This document shows, piece by piece, positions 1 to 11,946 of a stretch of DNA of 64,000 nt (position 1 is the stretch's first letter; each line of letters starts with the position of its first letter). The position numbers and the translations under genes were made by a program. Source of the stretch: Entomortierella parvispora E1425 (taxonomy: Eukaryota; Fungi; Mortierellomycota). Below the pieces are notes generated by a model, which made no database searches, had not been told where the DNA came from, and worked only from the letters and a program-made list of their open reading frames with translations. The DNA is taken from positions 1,674,001 to 1,738,000 of the forward strand of contig BQFW01000010.1 of assembly GCA_020891255.1 (NCBI GenBank), read 5' to 3'.

Positions 1-2
1 CC

Positions 3-1286
3 GGTGACGTTGCCGCTGCCAAGGAGAAGCGCGGCGACGCCCAAGAGATGCGTATCCTCCCCATTTTTGACGAGGACGGCAACATTGCTGGATCAAAGGC
101 AGAGGATGATCAGGATCAGAGCCACTACTTTGTCGACAAGGATGCTTACCGTCGTGCCAAGGATGCTGGCGAGGAAGAAGTTGTTTCCAGCAGCAGGATG
201 AAGGCTCTCTTTGCTTTCTTGTTCCCAGGATCACCCATGGTCAATTCGTTGTTGGGCACCACCTACATCTCGTTGATCCCCAACTTGCTCCTCTACTTTG
301 TTCCTCCAGATATCAAGCCCGAGTCCCTGAACACGTTGGTGGCCTTTGCGGTCGGTGGATTGTTGGGCGATGTGTTCTTGCACCTCTTGCCCCATTCGTT
401 CTTGGGAGAGGTCCACGAGGGCGAGTTGGTTGAGGTCAGTGAGGTCAGGAATGTGGTCGTTGGACTGGGTCTCTTTGTTGGATTCTTCATCTTTTTCTGT
501 ATCGACAAAATCATGCGAGTCTTGAGCGGCGGCGAGGGTGGACACAGCCACAGCCATGGACACGATCACGGACACTCCAAGAAGGTCGACGGCGAGGATG
601 AACACCACCACGCTCACTCTCATGACCATGACCACAAGCACGAGGACTCTACCCTTCGTCAGCGCAAGGGAGGCGAGGTCAAGGAGGGATCGGACAAGGT
701 TGCTCTTAACGACAAGGATGCCCCCAAGAAGGAGATTTCCAACAGCATCAAACTCTCTGCCTACTTGAACTTGATCGCGGACGCAACCCACAACTTCACG
801 GATGGATTGGCCATGGCCGCGTCCTTCTACACCTCGCCCGCCATTGGGGCAACAACAACAGTGGCTGTTTTCTTCCACGAGATCCCTCACGAGGTGGGTG
901 ACTATGCCATCTTGATTCAGTCTGGATTCCCTCGCAGCAAGGCCATGATGTCCCAGTTTATCACTGCTATCGGCGCATTCCTGGGCACATTTGCTGGTAT
1001 TGCCATCGAGGAGATGAGCAAGTCCAAGGAGAACATTGTTGGAGGCGTTGTCGAGGCTGCCAAGCCCCTGGCATTGTTTGGAATTGAAAGCATTCCCGTG
1101 CGCGGTGGCGATTTGGTGATCCCTTTCACCGCTGGAGGATTCCTTTATATCGCGACTGTTGGTGTGATTCCCGAGCTTTTGACTGTTTCGGGCAAGTTGA
1201 ACAAGGATATCCGTCAATTTGGATCCGAGATTGTGGCCATGATGATCGGCGTGGGCATGATGGTGGTCATTGCGTTGAACGAATAG
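3..1286 (+). CDS. YKE4: ZIP-family zinc transporter, ZIP7/Yke4/Catsup subgroup; 5' partial (frame is open from the window edge)
   Basis: Motifs AFAVGGLLGDVFLHLLPH, His-rich loop GHSHSHGHDHGH, AYLNLIADATHNFTDGLA and FFHEIPHEVGDYAIL; stop TAG at 1284-1286. The frame is open upstream of ATG 48. Confidence 0.93.
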   Translation, partial: GDVAAAKEKRGDAQEMRILPIFDEDGNIAGSKAEDDQDQSHYFVDKDAYRRAKDAGEEEVVSSSRMKALFAFLFPGSPMVNSLLGTTYISLIPNLLLYFVPPDIKPESLNTLVAFAVGGLLGDVFLHLLPHSFLGEVHEGELVEVSEVRNVVVGLGLFVGFFIFFCIDKIMRVLSGGEGGHSHSHGHDHGHSKKVDGEDEHHHAHSHDHDHKHEDSTLRQRKGGEVKEGSDKVALNDKDAPKKEISNSIKLSAYLNLIADATHNFTDGLAMAASFYTSPAIGATTTVAVFFHEIPHEVGDYAILIQSGFPRSKAMMSQFITAIGAFLGTFAGIAIEEMSKSKENIVGGVVEAAKPLALFGIESIPVRGGDLVIPFTAGGFLYIATVGVIPELLTVSGKLNKDIRQFGSEIVAMMIGVGMMVVIALNE

Positions 1287-1528
1287 ATAGACCTTGAGGA
1301 GGGAGACGTTTAGCTACCAACATATATAAAAGTTATTTTGTTGTATCATGCGGAGTCGACTACATATGTCCAAGTTGCGCTGATCGCATTGGTGGCGTAG
1401 TCATCACGTGCCCCTTTCAGACTGGGCTGCGGTTTGCGGGCTGCGGCCAGAACGCGCTCTCCTGCCCCTCTTCACTTTTCTTTTTTCATTCACCCATTTC
1501 CAACCACCCACATTTCGACCCCGCGACC

Positions 1529-2246
1529 ATGAGTTCCAGGACCAGCACAGTACGACCCAGCAGGACAACGACCAAGTCGAGCAGCCAACTGGACACATCC
1601 AGCCATCAAGAGACGATCTCACAAGACCGATGTGCTCAATGCAAAAAGTTTCTTTCTGCCGTCAAAGCTGAATGCCGGTATTGCCGTCTCGTCTATTGCA
1701 TGGAGCACAGGTAAAAAGAGCGACAGACCTTGAAGAGGACTGTATGACTTCAAAAGAATGGAATCTATTCCCTCAGATCACTCAACAGGAGGACAATGGG
1801 TATTCTCTCTATTTTTTTTATGTAGACATCCAGAGACACACTCGCCACAAGGATGTGCAGTCAAAGCACGGGAGCAGAGCCGTCAGCAATTCCAAAGAGA
1901 CTCTGGACATATTCTGGGAGCAGAGGCTCATGATCGTGGGGTCACCCACCGGACACCTGGTTGGAATCTGGAAGCATCTAGGGCAGAACTTCATCAGCGG
2001 TTGAATCAAAGGGTCCAAACACTGAAAGAGACGTCGGGGAGGGCTGCATCATCATCTTCGGGAAGCAGTACTGGTGGATCAACATCGAATGCTACATCAT
2101 CATCACCATCAACGTCTTCTGGAGGACCTAAAAAGAAGGGAGGGAAAAAGAGGCCGGCGGCTAAGACCTGGGGTACAGGTGGTAGTCGATTAGGTGGCGT
2201 GCCTGGAACAGGAGCAGGAGCAGGCCCAAAACCAGAGAATGCATGA
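1529..2246 (+). CDS. AN1-type zinc-finger protein (2 exons; intron 1711-1825)
   Basis: Splicing GT1711..AG1825 restores CAQCKKFLSAVKAECRYCRLVYCMEHR-HPETHSPQGC, which fits the AN1 pattern. The C-terminus is basic and Gly-rich (KKKGGKKR, WGTGGSRLGG). Confidence 0.85.
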
Positions 2247-2284
2247 TACATGGAGTCCCTCTCGTCTTGCATTTTTTCAGTTTT

Positions 2285-2450
2285 CGGTCAATGAAATAAA
2301 ACCATTTGACCTAGATGCTCGGGCAGTCAATGTGGTCAAACGATCAAAATGGTCAATAGGTCAATCGGTCAAAGTATCCAAACGGTCATTCGGTCGATCG
2401 GTCAAAATGGTCCATGGGTCAATCGGTCAATGTGGCTAATGCGATCGGTG
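2285..2450. repeat. Degenerate tandem array of a ~7-9 bp (C)GGTCAA(T/A) unit
   Basis: More than 10 exact or one-mismatch GGTCAA cores, e.g. ggtcaaacgatcaaaatggtcaataggtcaatcggtcaaa...cggtcgatcggtcaaaatggtccatgggtcaatcggtcaat. Confidence 0.85.
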
Positions 2451-2633
2451 GCCGAAACAATTTCAATTTCAGTGGTATTTCTCTTCAGCAAGCAGGAAAG
2501 GAAAGGGGAGGGTGGATTGCTCAAGAATACTTTCGAAGACAGCGTTAGATCTGACATTTATTTGCACGATACTGGAGGGGGCTAACTGTGACATCCTTCA
2601 ACTTGACCCAATGTTCGCCTCTCTTCGCTCGAA

Positions 2634-4198
2634 TCAATTGTTACAATGGCGGACGGTCCTGGGTAACCCAAGCACAGTGAAACGCGCCTCCACCTCAGTG
2701 GCTCTAGACAATCCCCAGTTCAAATGGCAAGGAAGAAAAGTGTTGAACTCGTAAATAATATTATCCCCTTTTTTATATCAGGTCGTCTCCATGCCAATTA
2801 CCTTCGAATAGTCACAAGTTGCAAAGATCGACTTTCATTGCTGTCCAAAGATTGAGAATTGACGACACCGATCGTACGGACGATTTGACCCGGTTCCATT
2901 AGATCCAAATCCAGTGCCTTGTCAATGTCATAGTAATGACAGCGGAGCTTCATCTCACTGTTGCCAGCCAGTGCGAGTTGAGGCTGCACAAAGAGTTCCC
3001 TGGCTTTCGGGAAACTATTCGCAAAATCCCGCAGCGTTGGGTCTCTTAAAGAGTAAGTCCAGCAATAGTCAGAGCGAGAGGGCTCGGCAATCAACTTTCC
3101 TAACAGAAAAAAAAAGGGAACCACCCGTTAGCTCGTCAGGCCCTAAAGAGGATCTGGTATCAGCTATACCACTGCAGTTCTTACCGATCACTTCAACAAG
3201 AACCACCTTGCCGGTTCCGACAGGAGAGAGGACGGTGCCGTCCAGAAACTGTTGAATGGAGTAAATATACTGGATGGTTTTCATACGAATCCCACCTGGG
3301 TGGGTCAAAGTTGGATCATTATCCATCACGCCTTTGGCTTTCGAGTACTTATTGTCTTGCCCAGAGCCACGAACTGCATTCGACTTTTTGGTGGCAATAG
3401 GTCCCTGTTGCTGCTCTTTTGCACTCAAAGTGATAGGGTAATGGGTGAGCTGCGAACCTGCAGCACAATACATAAAACGACGATATTGATCATTTGCGGT
3501 GCTAGTTATCTTTTGCAGACTTACTCGTTGGTCTCTGTTGGCCGATAGAAGAGTTATGATCAAGAGTCACTGAACCGCCAGGAGCTTTTTGAGCGTATGG
3601 GTGAGGGTATCCCACAGTCGTTGGAAGTGCCCTTCTGGGTTGTTGCTGCTGAAGATCTTGCCTCCACATTTGATTTGATGGTCCCTGGTGATCGGTGTAT
3701 CCTGGTGGACTCTTTGCAATGGATGGTGGCAAAGCCAAGTGAGTTGAGAAATTTGCAAAAGGATTCGCCGCACGATAATTCTGTGGGAGCACCGGTACAT
3801 TGTGGGGCTCATCCACAGACATGTCCATCGAAGTCCACGACGGTTCGCCGCCTCCGCTTTGCGGGACAATGGACAGTGCGGACAAGCTCTCTGTTTCCAT
3901 GTTGACATCGGTTTGAAAATATTCGCTCTACATTATCGAAACACACATCAAGTCAAAAACGATGTCTCCTTCACCTCTTACATCCTCTAGATTGTCTTGA
4001 TACCTGGACTGGGAGTTTGTGCTGCGAGGCGAGGTTTAGATGGCGTGGTGGCGCATCCAACTTGGACGAAGAGGCCTCAAAGTAACCATCGATAACTGTT
4101 TGCGTCTGTTTCTGCTCGTCAAAGCTGCCTTTCTTGGAGGATTGGACCGATAATGGTCGTTGGGGGTAAGAAGAGCCGTAGGGCTGATGATGATACAT
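2634..4198 (-). CDS. SPATA22-like protein: disordered N-terminus plus C-terminal OB fold (about 5 exons)
   Basis: Spliced C-terminus reads KVVLVEVIGKLIAEPSRSDYCWTYSLRDPT...KLRCHYYDIDKALDLDLMEPGQIVRTIGVV...LQLVTIRRATEVEARF. This resembles the SPATA22 OB pattern as I recall it (LFEV, RD, LPCVFYEID, RCVG, VRPA). GT-AG junctions preserve frame; ATG at 4198, TGA at 2636-2634. Confidence 0.65.
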
Positions 4199-4406
4199 TA
4201 TTGACGAACCTGCAGAGCGGGGAGATGTGAATGGAATGGGAGATAGAAAAGAGGGGAAATGATATGGACGGCGCGGCTGTTGTCATCAAAGAGTATGTGA
4301 CGTCCTAAAAAAAAAAAGAGCTTACTCGATGTCGCAGACCAACATCATAGAAAACTGCCAAAGGAGGTCCATCTTTATTTTAAATAGGGTGCTTCTCCTT
4401 CGCACT

Positions 4407-5775
4407 CTAATTGCCCTTGCCCTTGATAGAGTACTTTCCGTATGACTTCTCGGGGTCGTAGATCTCGAACCGAGAGAGCGGGAAGATGTGTTTGTTGCGC
4501 TCGTAATACGATCTCTCTACCACCTTTCCTGCGTGGGACTCGTCCTTTTCGACGTTGGCATCGTTGGTCAGACGAATATCCTCGTGCACATCAAAACTGA
4601 AGAGCGGTCCAGACTTTCCACGAGCCTTGTTAATAATAAAATCATAGAACGTGTAATGGTGAGGGATGATCAGATCCTCCTTCACATACATCATATTGTC
4701 AATGCTGACGCCACGCAGTTGCTGGAATTGTTGCCTGCACTTTTCCAGAAACTGTGCGATCGTATCGCCCTTCTTGCACTATCGAGTAAATTATTCACAC
4801 GGAAAATGTCAGTGGGTTGAGCAACTATGAAGTAAAAGAGGAAATCGATACGAAGAAATAATTGATCTCAGTCGAGCATGTGGCTTTCTTACCTCAACTT
4901 CCTTACGATGACCTGATCCATCCCAATAAGAGTATGTAATCTGAATCGTCTCCTTCTTAATCTCTTCTTGCTTCCTGAGCCATTCCTGTCTGAGCGCCTC
5001 TCGTACTCTCCGCTCCTCTTCCTCACGTTCTCGGTCGGGCAAGAAGCTGGTGTCGATATTAGGATCCTTGCCAAATTTGGACTTCTTCACCACGGGAGCT
5101 GGTGCTTTCTCAGCATCGCCATCCTGACCTTCCTCTGTCAAATTCCTTATAGATCGTTTTCCGATCGATGCTTCTGAAGGCTGATCATCCTGTTCTTCTT
5201 CATCATCTGCGAATGATAGTTTTGAGATTGTCTTTTTTGTTTTTTTCTTGACCACCTTCTCTTGACTATGATATATATAAAAAAAAAGCATATCAACTGT
5301 CAGTATTTCGCAGGCACTTTAGATCGCTTTGGCACGAGAAAACAAAGTGCGCTACTCCATCTCCACTTACATTTCATTCGTCTTGGCCGCCTCTCGCTTC
5401 TTTTGTTCTTCCAGCTCCAGACGAACTTTGCGGAAATCCTTCAAGTGCACAAGACCGACAGTCGATTTCTTGAGGGCTTCTTCCACATTGTCGTGTTGAG
5501 AGACAAACTTGTCTGCGGAGGATTTGACCTCGTTGTCCTTGGCGATCTGGATCCTTTGCTGCTCAAAATCGCTCATCATCTTTTCACGCTGCTTCTCCAG
5601 TTTTTGGTGACGGGCACCTTCTTGTGAGGATCCTATGGCAGGGAGGCACAGCATATTTTTTTGGTTGATCAGTTTGACCATGCAGTGACTTTTCTGACAG
5701 GAGACATGGGTTCAATGCAGTCTAGTGCTCGTGCGATGGTGGGGGTCAACGAAAAGTACCTTTGTACTCGGCCAT
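4407..5775 (-). CDS. XAP5: XAP5/FAM50 family nuclear protein (4 exons)
   Basis: MAEYKG|SSQEGAR...[91 protein letters not shown]. Confidence 0.95.
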
Positions 5776-6062
5776 GGCGGTGCGAATGAGGGTTGGGAGG
5801 ATGGACAAAAATAAGAATGAATGAGGGGACAAAAAGACAATTGAATGTGGACCAAAAAAGAAATGAGAAAATTTTAGGGACAAACAATTTCGACCCCAGG
5901 ACAGCTCCTGATCCGCTCGCAGTGCAGCGCCGATCCTTCGACTGCTCCACACTTTTCTTCATCCCAAATTTTGAACACAACATCCCCTTCTCCACTTTGG
6001 GGAGCAAGGGGAAAGGTTTTTAATTGACCCATGCGGTCTATTGCAATGCAGTGTTTCGTTTC

Positions 6063-7574
6063 TTAAAATCCCAGGGTTGAATACAACCGGGCCATAGGGA
6101 TAGAGCCCTCAGCCGTCAAGATACGGTAGACGCCCACCATCACCACTGTCGTCACCACCCCTGTAACAACCGCACGCGCCTTTCTAGACTTGATCATGTC
6201 CCGGATCGAGACTCGGTTCTTGCTTCCCTTGGGCAACGCTGCGTTGTAGGCTGCAATTCCTCCTCCGATCGTATGATACACCATGAATCCAACCAAGAGG
6301 ACGTAGGGTGGGCGATGACCCATCCGATGAATATAGGTGATCAACGAATAATCGACCATGGACGAATCTCCAAAGGCATCCAAGGGCTTGAATCGCACCG
6401 CGTTCATATGTCCAAGGACCAAAGGTGTCAACAACCAACCCACCAAACGATGCCAAGGGAAAGCTCCTGGTGTGGAGGCGGTGCTACTGCTACTGCTGCT
6501 AACGCTAGTGCTGGTCTCTGTTATAGTGGTGGTGGTGGTTGTAGAGGTAGATCCAGATTCAAGGGATTGCTGGTCCTGTTGTTGACTTGATTGCTTGCGA
6601 GCGGCAAAATAGGCCTTGGCCTTCCAGGTGAGTCGGATTAAGGCTCGACCGAGTCCAGTAACGAGATGCACATTGAACGATCCAAAAACGAGTACCTGCT
6701 CCAGGCCATACGTCTAAGGCAGAGGAAAAAAGCGCGCCGCATTTTAGTTTTCTGTTGTGCCCTTTTTTCAAGCTCGTTTGTGGACGATAACAACAAAAAC
6801 AACAAAAACAACAACAGCAACAACAACAACAACAACAACACTACAGAAGCAGCAAGAGCAAAATGCAACAGGCCGTGGGTCAAGAGACCCTTCATTGCTT
6901 TCCACGAAGACTCCTTCAGTTTTTTTTACCTGATAATACACTCGTCCCAAGATCAGGGCCTTGTTAGCCAAGTCAATGCCTCCAAATGCCGCCAAGGTCG
7001 GTGGGATGAGATGAATCAATCCAAAGGTTGCGAACCCGAGTGCAGAGATGGCTTGGAGTCGACCCAGGCCTTGGTACAGTCCAACAGAAGGGAATCCGCC
7101 TCGACCGCCTCCGCTGAAACCTTTGGTAGGGGTCGTTTCCGTTTCGGTTGAAGAGGCTGCTTTGCTATCTCTCTCCTCAGTCGTCCTTGCCGTCGTTTGT
7201 TCAGCTGTTGTGGTGGAGTCAGAAGAGGGAGTGGGCAAAGAGCCGGTACCAAAAGCAGAGGCGTTTGTACCTGCAGGGGGCGAAGACAATGACGATCGAG
7301 AGGAACCCGTGGCTGTTGTTTTCGCGGTGGTGATCATGGATGAGAGCAATTGTCGTCCCTTCTTGGGCCGGATGGTTTGAGCACTGAATTTGGTCGGAGA
7401 TCCTCCGTCCTCCGAAGAAACGACCAGGCCATCGTCCTTGATCAATTCTTCCATATCCAATTCTGACAAATCATGGATAGATGGTGACGACGATGTCTTG
7501 GTCTCCTCTTTGCTCCACACATTGAAGGGCTGGACATCAGGGGCTTCGCTGCCACCTGAAGAGACTGTGGTCAT
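6063..7574 (-). CDS. MCP1: Mitochondrial outer-membrane adaptor MCP1 / DUF1691 family (2 exons)
   Basis: LQAISALGFATFGLIHLIPP...ANKALILGRVYYQ|TYGLEQVLVFGSFNVHLVTG; WHRLVGWLLTPLVLGHM..VRFKP; VYHTIGG. Intron at about 6709-6930. Confidence 0.8.
6788..6841. repeat. (CAA)n-type microsatellite inside the MCP1 intron
   Basis: aacaacaaaaacaacaaaaacaacaacagcaacaacaacaacaacaac. Confidence 0.9.
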
Positions 7575-8101
7575 GTTTGTTATATGGGTGTTCTTTTGTC
7601 AATTGGCGCTTGAATATTTGGATGCTGATGAGAGTGTCAAGTTCAGGAGATGAAAATGGAAGTGAAGAGCGATTTATGTAGATGTATGGATGAGTGAGAG
7701 TGTGGAGGAGAAGGAAAAGGCAAAGGAAAGAAAGAAAAGAAGGGACGAGCAAAGAAAAAATAAAATAAAAAAAATATCCAAAAGAGTCGGAGATGATGCA
7801 AAAAAAAAACGTTTTTTCCCTTATTGAGTCAGTGCTCTCGGACAAACGACGCGTATCAAACTCCACGCCCCGTCCACTTCGTCCCGGACTCATCTCCCAT
7901 CGTCAGGGCCTCGTCCCTTCGACCGATTCCGTCCCATCTTGCGCCCGTTGCCCCTGTCTTCACTCCTCTATCGACACAAATCTCCCGAGACATGTCATCC
8001 ATTGAGGCACTTTAAGGATGTAATACAATTTTTTTAATTTGAGTTGTGCTGTGTGTGGGAAAAGACTAAAATATACAGGCCAGGTCGGTCATATCAAACG
8101 A

Positions 8102-11100
8102 CTACGTTCCCTTGCGGAGAATTGTGAGAGGGTTCCACTTGTTCTTTCCAGGACTCGAAAGGTGGTCCGAACTGGACGTCAAACTCTCGGAGAGCGTCTG
8201 TACATCTCTCCATAGCGGCCGAAGTTCCTCCGGCATCTTGTTGATCGTGGCATAGGAGTCCGGGGCAGATGAGGAGCTATGCTCGCCGGGTTTGCTTTCT
8301 ACTACGATGCCGCTCATTCGGTTCCACCATCCATCAGCTTGCTCGACAACAACTTCCTTGGCCAGAGCTTTCCGTTTGGTGTGTCCATTCTCACCCAGCC
8401 AGCTCTCCAATAGTCGAATTGCCTCAGCTTTGCGTTCTTCACGTTTCCGGACATTGCTCACACTCTGGACCACTGGGCCAGTAGATCCGGCAAGAGCAGC
8501 CGTCTCACCCTTGAACAGCTTGGCCCACTTGATAGCGTCCTTGATTGAGGCCTCATCATTCAGCAGCAAATCGTTTTCGATCATCCACTTGAGTGACTTG
8601 ATTCTTCCAAAGAAAGCTGCGTAGCTGAGAGCAGTGCCGTGGGGATACACATCCTTGGAGCTCTTCAATCTCGAATCTGCACCCCGACTGTACAATTCTT
8701 GGACCATAAGTGGGCAGTCGCGGCCAGCCAGAAGCTTCATCAAGGGTGTTTCCTTCCATGCATTCTTGGCATCAACAGCGGCGCCATTGTCCAGCAGGAA
8801 GCGCATTGCTGCCAGTACGTCCCTTTCATTCGCCTCTTGATCGGCAGCGGAAATCACAATACGCCAGTCATCCTGCGATATTCCTCCTTCTTCGCATAGT
8901 GTGTGTAGGGCCGTTCGCTTGTAAAAAGAGTCCACGCTATTGAGATGCGCGCCCCGCTGAACAAGGTACTCGACCAACTCATGGGGCTGTGCCGATGAGC
9001 ATGCACTGCTGAGAACAGACCGGCCATCAAACTTCCAGGGGCTATTGATCAGGCTGGGATCCTTTTCCAGATGGTAGCGCACAAGAGAGAGGTTGCCCTT
9101 CTTTGCTGAGAGCCAGATGTTTTCTTGGCCACCTTTACCAGGATGGTTTCCGAGCCGACCACCCATCGAAGATGTCCTCGACTGCATCGAAGAGGTAGCG
9201 GATGGAGCCAATGTCGACAACGTTGGAGTCATAGACATACCCGTTGAACGACTGGACATTGAAAAGAATGACATGGCCCGAGAGGGTCTGCGAGCCTCTT
9301 GCGGGGGTCTGCTAGCCTCTAGACTGCATGGGACCAAAGGAGTAGGGGACAATGGTACTCTGGATATCAATGTCGGTACTTCTTTCGTCCTCACATTACT
9401 CTGGGGACTCGAGGGCAATTCAGAAATCGGTGATGGATCATCCAGTTCTGGCTCCTCAAGCTCTGGCTCCTCAACTATCGTCTCCTGAATCAACGTGTGG
9501 CCTTCTGGTACCGAGTAGCCTTCAATGCTATCGCCACCACTGTTGAGGTCCATAGATGAGCGCGAGGTCTCCTCAGAGTTATCCACAATGTCCGGAACCT
9601 CTGTTTGTGGATCCACATGAAGATCAACATCGCAGACATCTTTAAGTAAAGTCACCATAGCCTGGGTGGGACGAAGCAGGAGTTTGTCGAGCCGCTCGTA
9701 GGACACGATGGAGCCCGCGTACAGAAGCGCTGTTGTGATTTCAACATTGTTCGTATAGATAGCGTAGTCCAAAGCTACAAATGGGAAAAGAAACGGGCGC
9801 AATGAGTTAGTTATATCCTCGAAACCTCGTCCTAGAGAAGACCTTATGCGCTTACCTGTCAAACCAGAGTCATCTTCGATATCAAGCTCAATACCCTCTT
9901 CAATCAGCAACTCCACACCGGCCTGATAACCGAGAATAACTGAGTTATGGAGGATTGTGGTGCCATTCGACTGACTTTGGCCAGAGATGTCCGTGGCAGA
10001 TGGAAGTCCTGGGATTCGCCCCAACAGGTTGAAATAAGAAGTCGCGTCTCCCAAGTCTCCGTCAGACTGGATCAAGTTCCTCAGCATCTGTTCCAGCTCG
10101 GACTGGGCGACTTCATTCGTAAAGTCGTATGTTTTGTCAGAGGGCAGGAACCCTTCGTTATGGTGGATCCAAAGGCGGACTGTTTCCGTCTTGGGGTACC
10201 GTGGGGTCGTGCATTCGATGTAGTAGGGTTTGATGTCGATCACCTTGCCATATTCCCGTCCGAACATCGGAGTCATTCCCCTGACAAAATTCTCGCCAAT
10301 GATGATGACATGATTTTCCTGGCAAATAGGCCCACTCCTTGGCTCTAGACTCTTGATCATTGGCAAGTCTGATTCGTGCTGGGGTGGTGTCATCGGGGCT
10401 TCTTCTCGGCGCTTCTTGACTGGACATGTATCGAAGCTATGTGCAGCATTGTTCTCGGAGGGTGAACCGGGAGGACTGGAGGTCTTTGCCGGTGAAGGCG
10501 GTCCACCTGCCGAGCTGTCGTGCAATGGCGGCGAGTGCGACTTTCTACTTGAAGAAAAGGAAGGTATTTCATGAGTAACTGTCACGTGCTAAACTTAAAC
10601 GCATGACCTTCCACAAGATAGAAAAAAACGCGACTTACGATGCTGCGGCCTTGGCCATGGCAATAGCTGCTGCGGCAGCTGAGTTTCCGTTCGCGTTCAC
10701 ATTGGAGCGACTGCCCTTATCGCGCCCATGGCTAGCATAGATCTCAACTTGGTCACTGCTACCTCTGTAGACCAACAGCGGCTCTGCTTGAGAACTCATG
10801 CTCATCAGTTCAATCTCGAAGCTGAACTTGGTGCCAGGTCCACGGTGATGAGATGTACTGGCGCACCAGGCCGATGCAATAAGCTTGATTTGCCCGTTTC
10901 GCAAGGTTACCATTCCGTTCTCGTCAATCATCGGCTTTCCGTTCACACCAGGATGGAAGCGCAGAATCTCAGGTGTCCTATCTTTGCATCGTCCACAAGG
11001 AACCACAGCTCTATGCTCAGGCTCCAGGTAAGTCGTCAGCTTGAGCGAAAGCACATCTTCCTCCTGAGCACTAGTTGGAACAGACATGGTATCTGCGCTC

Positions 11101-11909
11101 CTCTTGCCTGAAGCATTCAAACTGATACGGCCAGCAGCGTCGGCCTTGCAAGGTAGGACAATGTTCTCGGAGGGGATTCGAAGGTACCGGTATCTCTCTC
11201 TGTCTTCGTCATTTAACTGGACATTAAGATAGAATTGCTGGCCCTTTCGGAACTCGCCGTCGTCGTCCTTTTTGGACGAGGTGAAGACTTTTAGATTCTT
11301 GAAAGCCCCAATATCAATGTTGTCCTAGAGACGAAATACAGTGTTAGCTTAATGTGCATGCAGTGGTATTTGCAGCTGCTGTTGCACCGTGGCACAAAGT
11401 GGAGTCCGTCAAGGAACATACCCTGGATTCATAGTCAAAGCTGTTGTGGGTGTGTGCTGGAGTGCCAGGGTGCGTTACGTTGTCGCCCCAAGGAGCTGTA
11501 AACAAAGAAAACAAAAACAAAGAGTCAGTCAGCATTGTTGACTTCGGGTCAAATACATTTTGAAGAGTACAAGGGCGGAAGCGATAATTTACTCCAAGCT
11601 GGCTGGCTGTCCACTGGCGAGTTCTTGATGGGCATGTCGGGTGACTGAGAGTACTCGGAGATATGCAGAGGAGAGGGTGAAGCGTGCAGCTGGTTACCAA
11701 GCGGAATGCCGAGGTCGAGCGACGACATTGTGGGCACAGGGGATGGAGCATCGAACAGATAATCGTTGGCAAAAATATCCTGAGGTATTGATTGCTGTTG
11801 CATATGAATGTGCTGCGGGTATAGTTGGTGTTGGTGTTGCTGCTGCTGTTGATGTTGTTGATGTTGTTGATGTTGTTGATGTTGCTGCTGTTGCTGCTGC
11901 TGCTGCTTC

Positions 11910-11946
<37 letters not shown>

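Noticed and set aside
231-1217. 328-aa minus-strand ORF
   Set aside because: Antisense shadow of the codon-biased ZIP transporter CDS; no motifs of its own.
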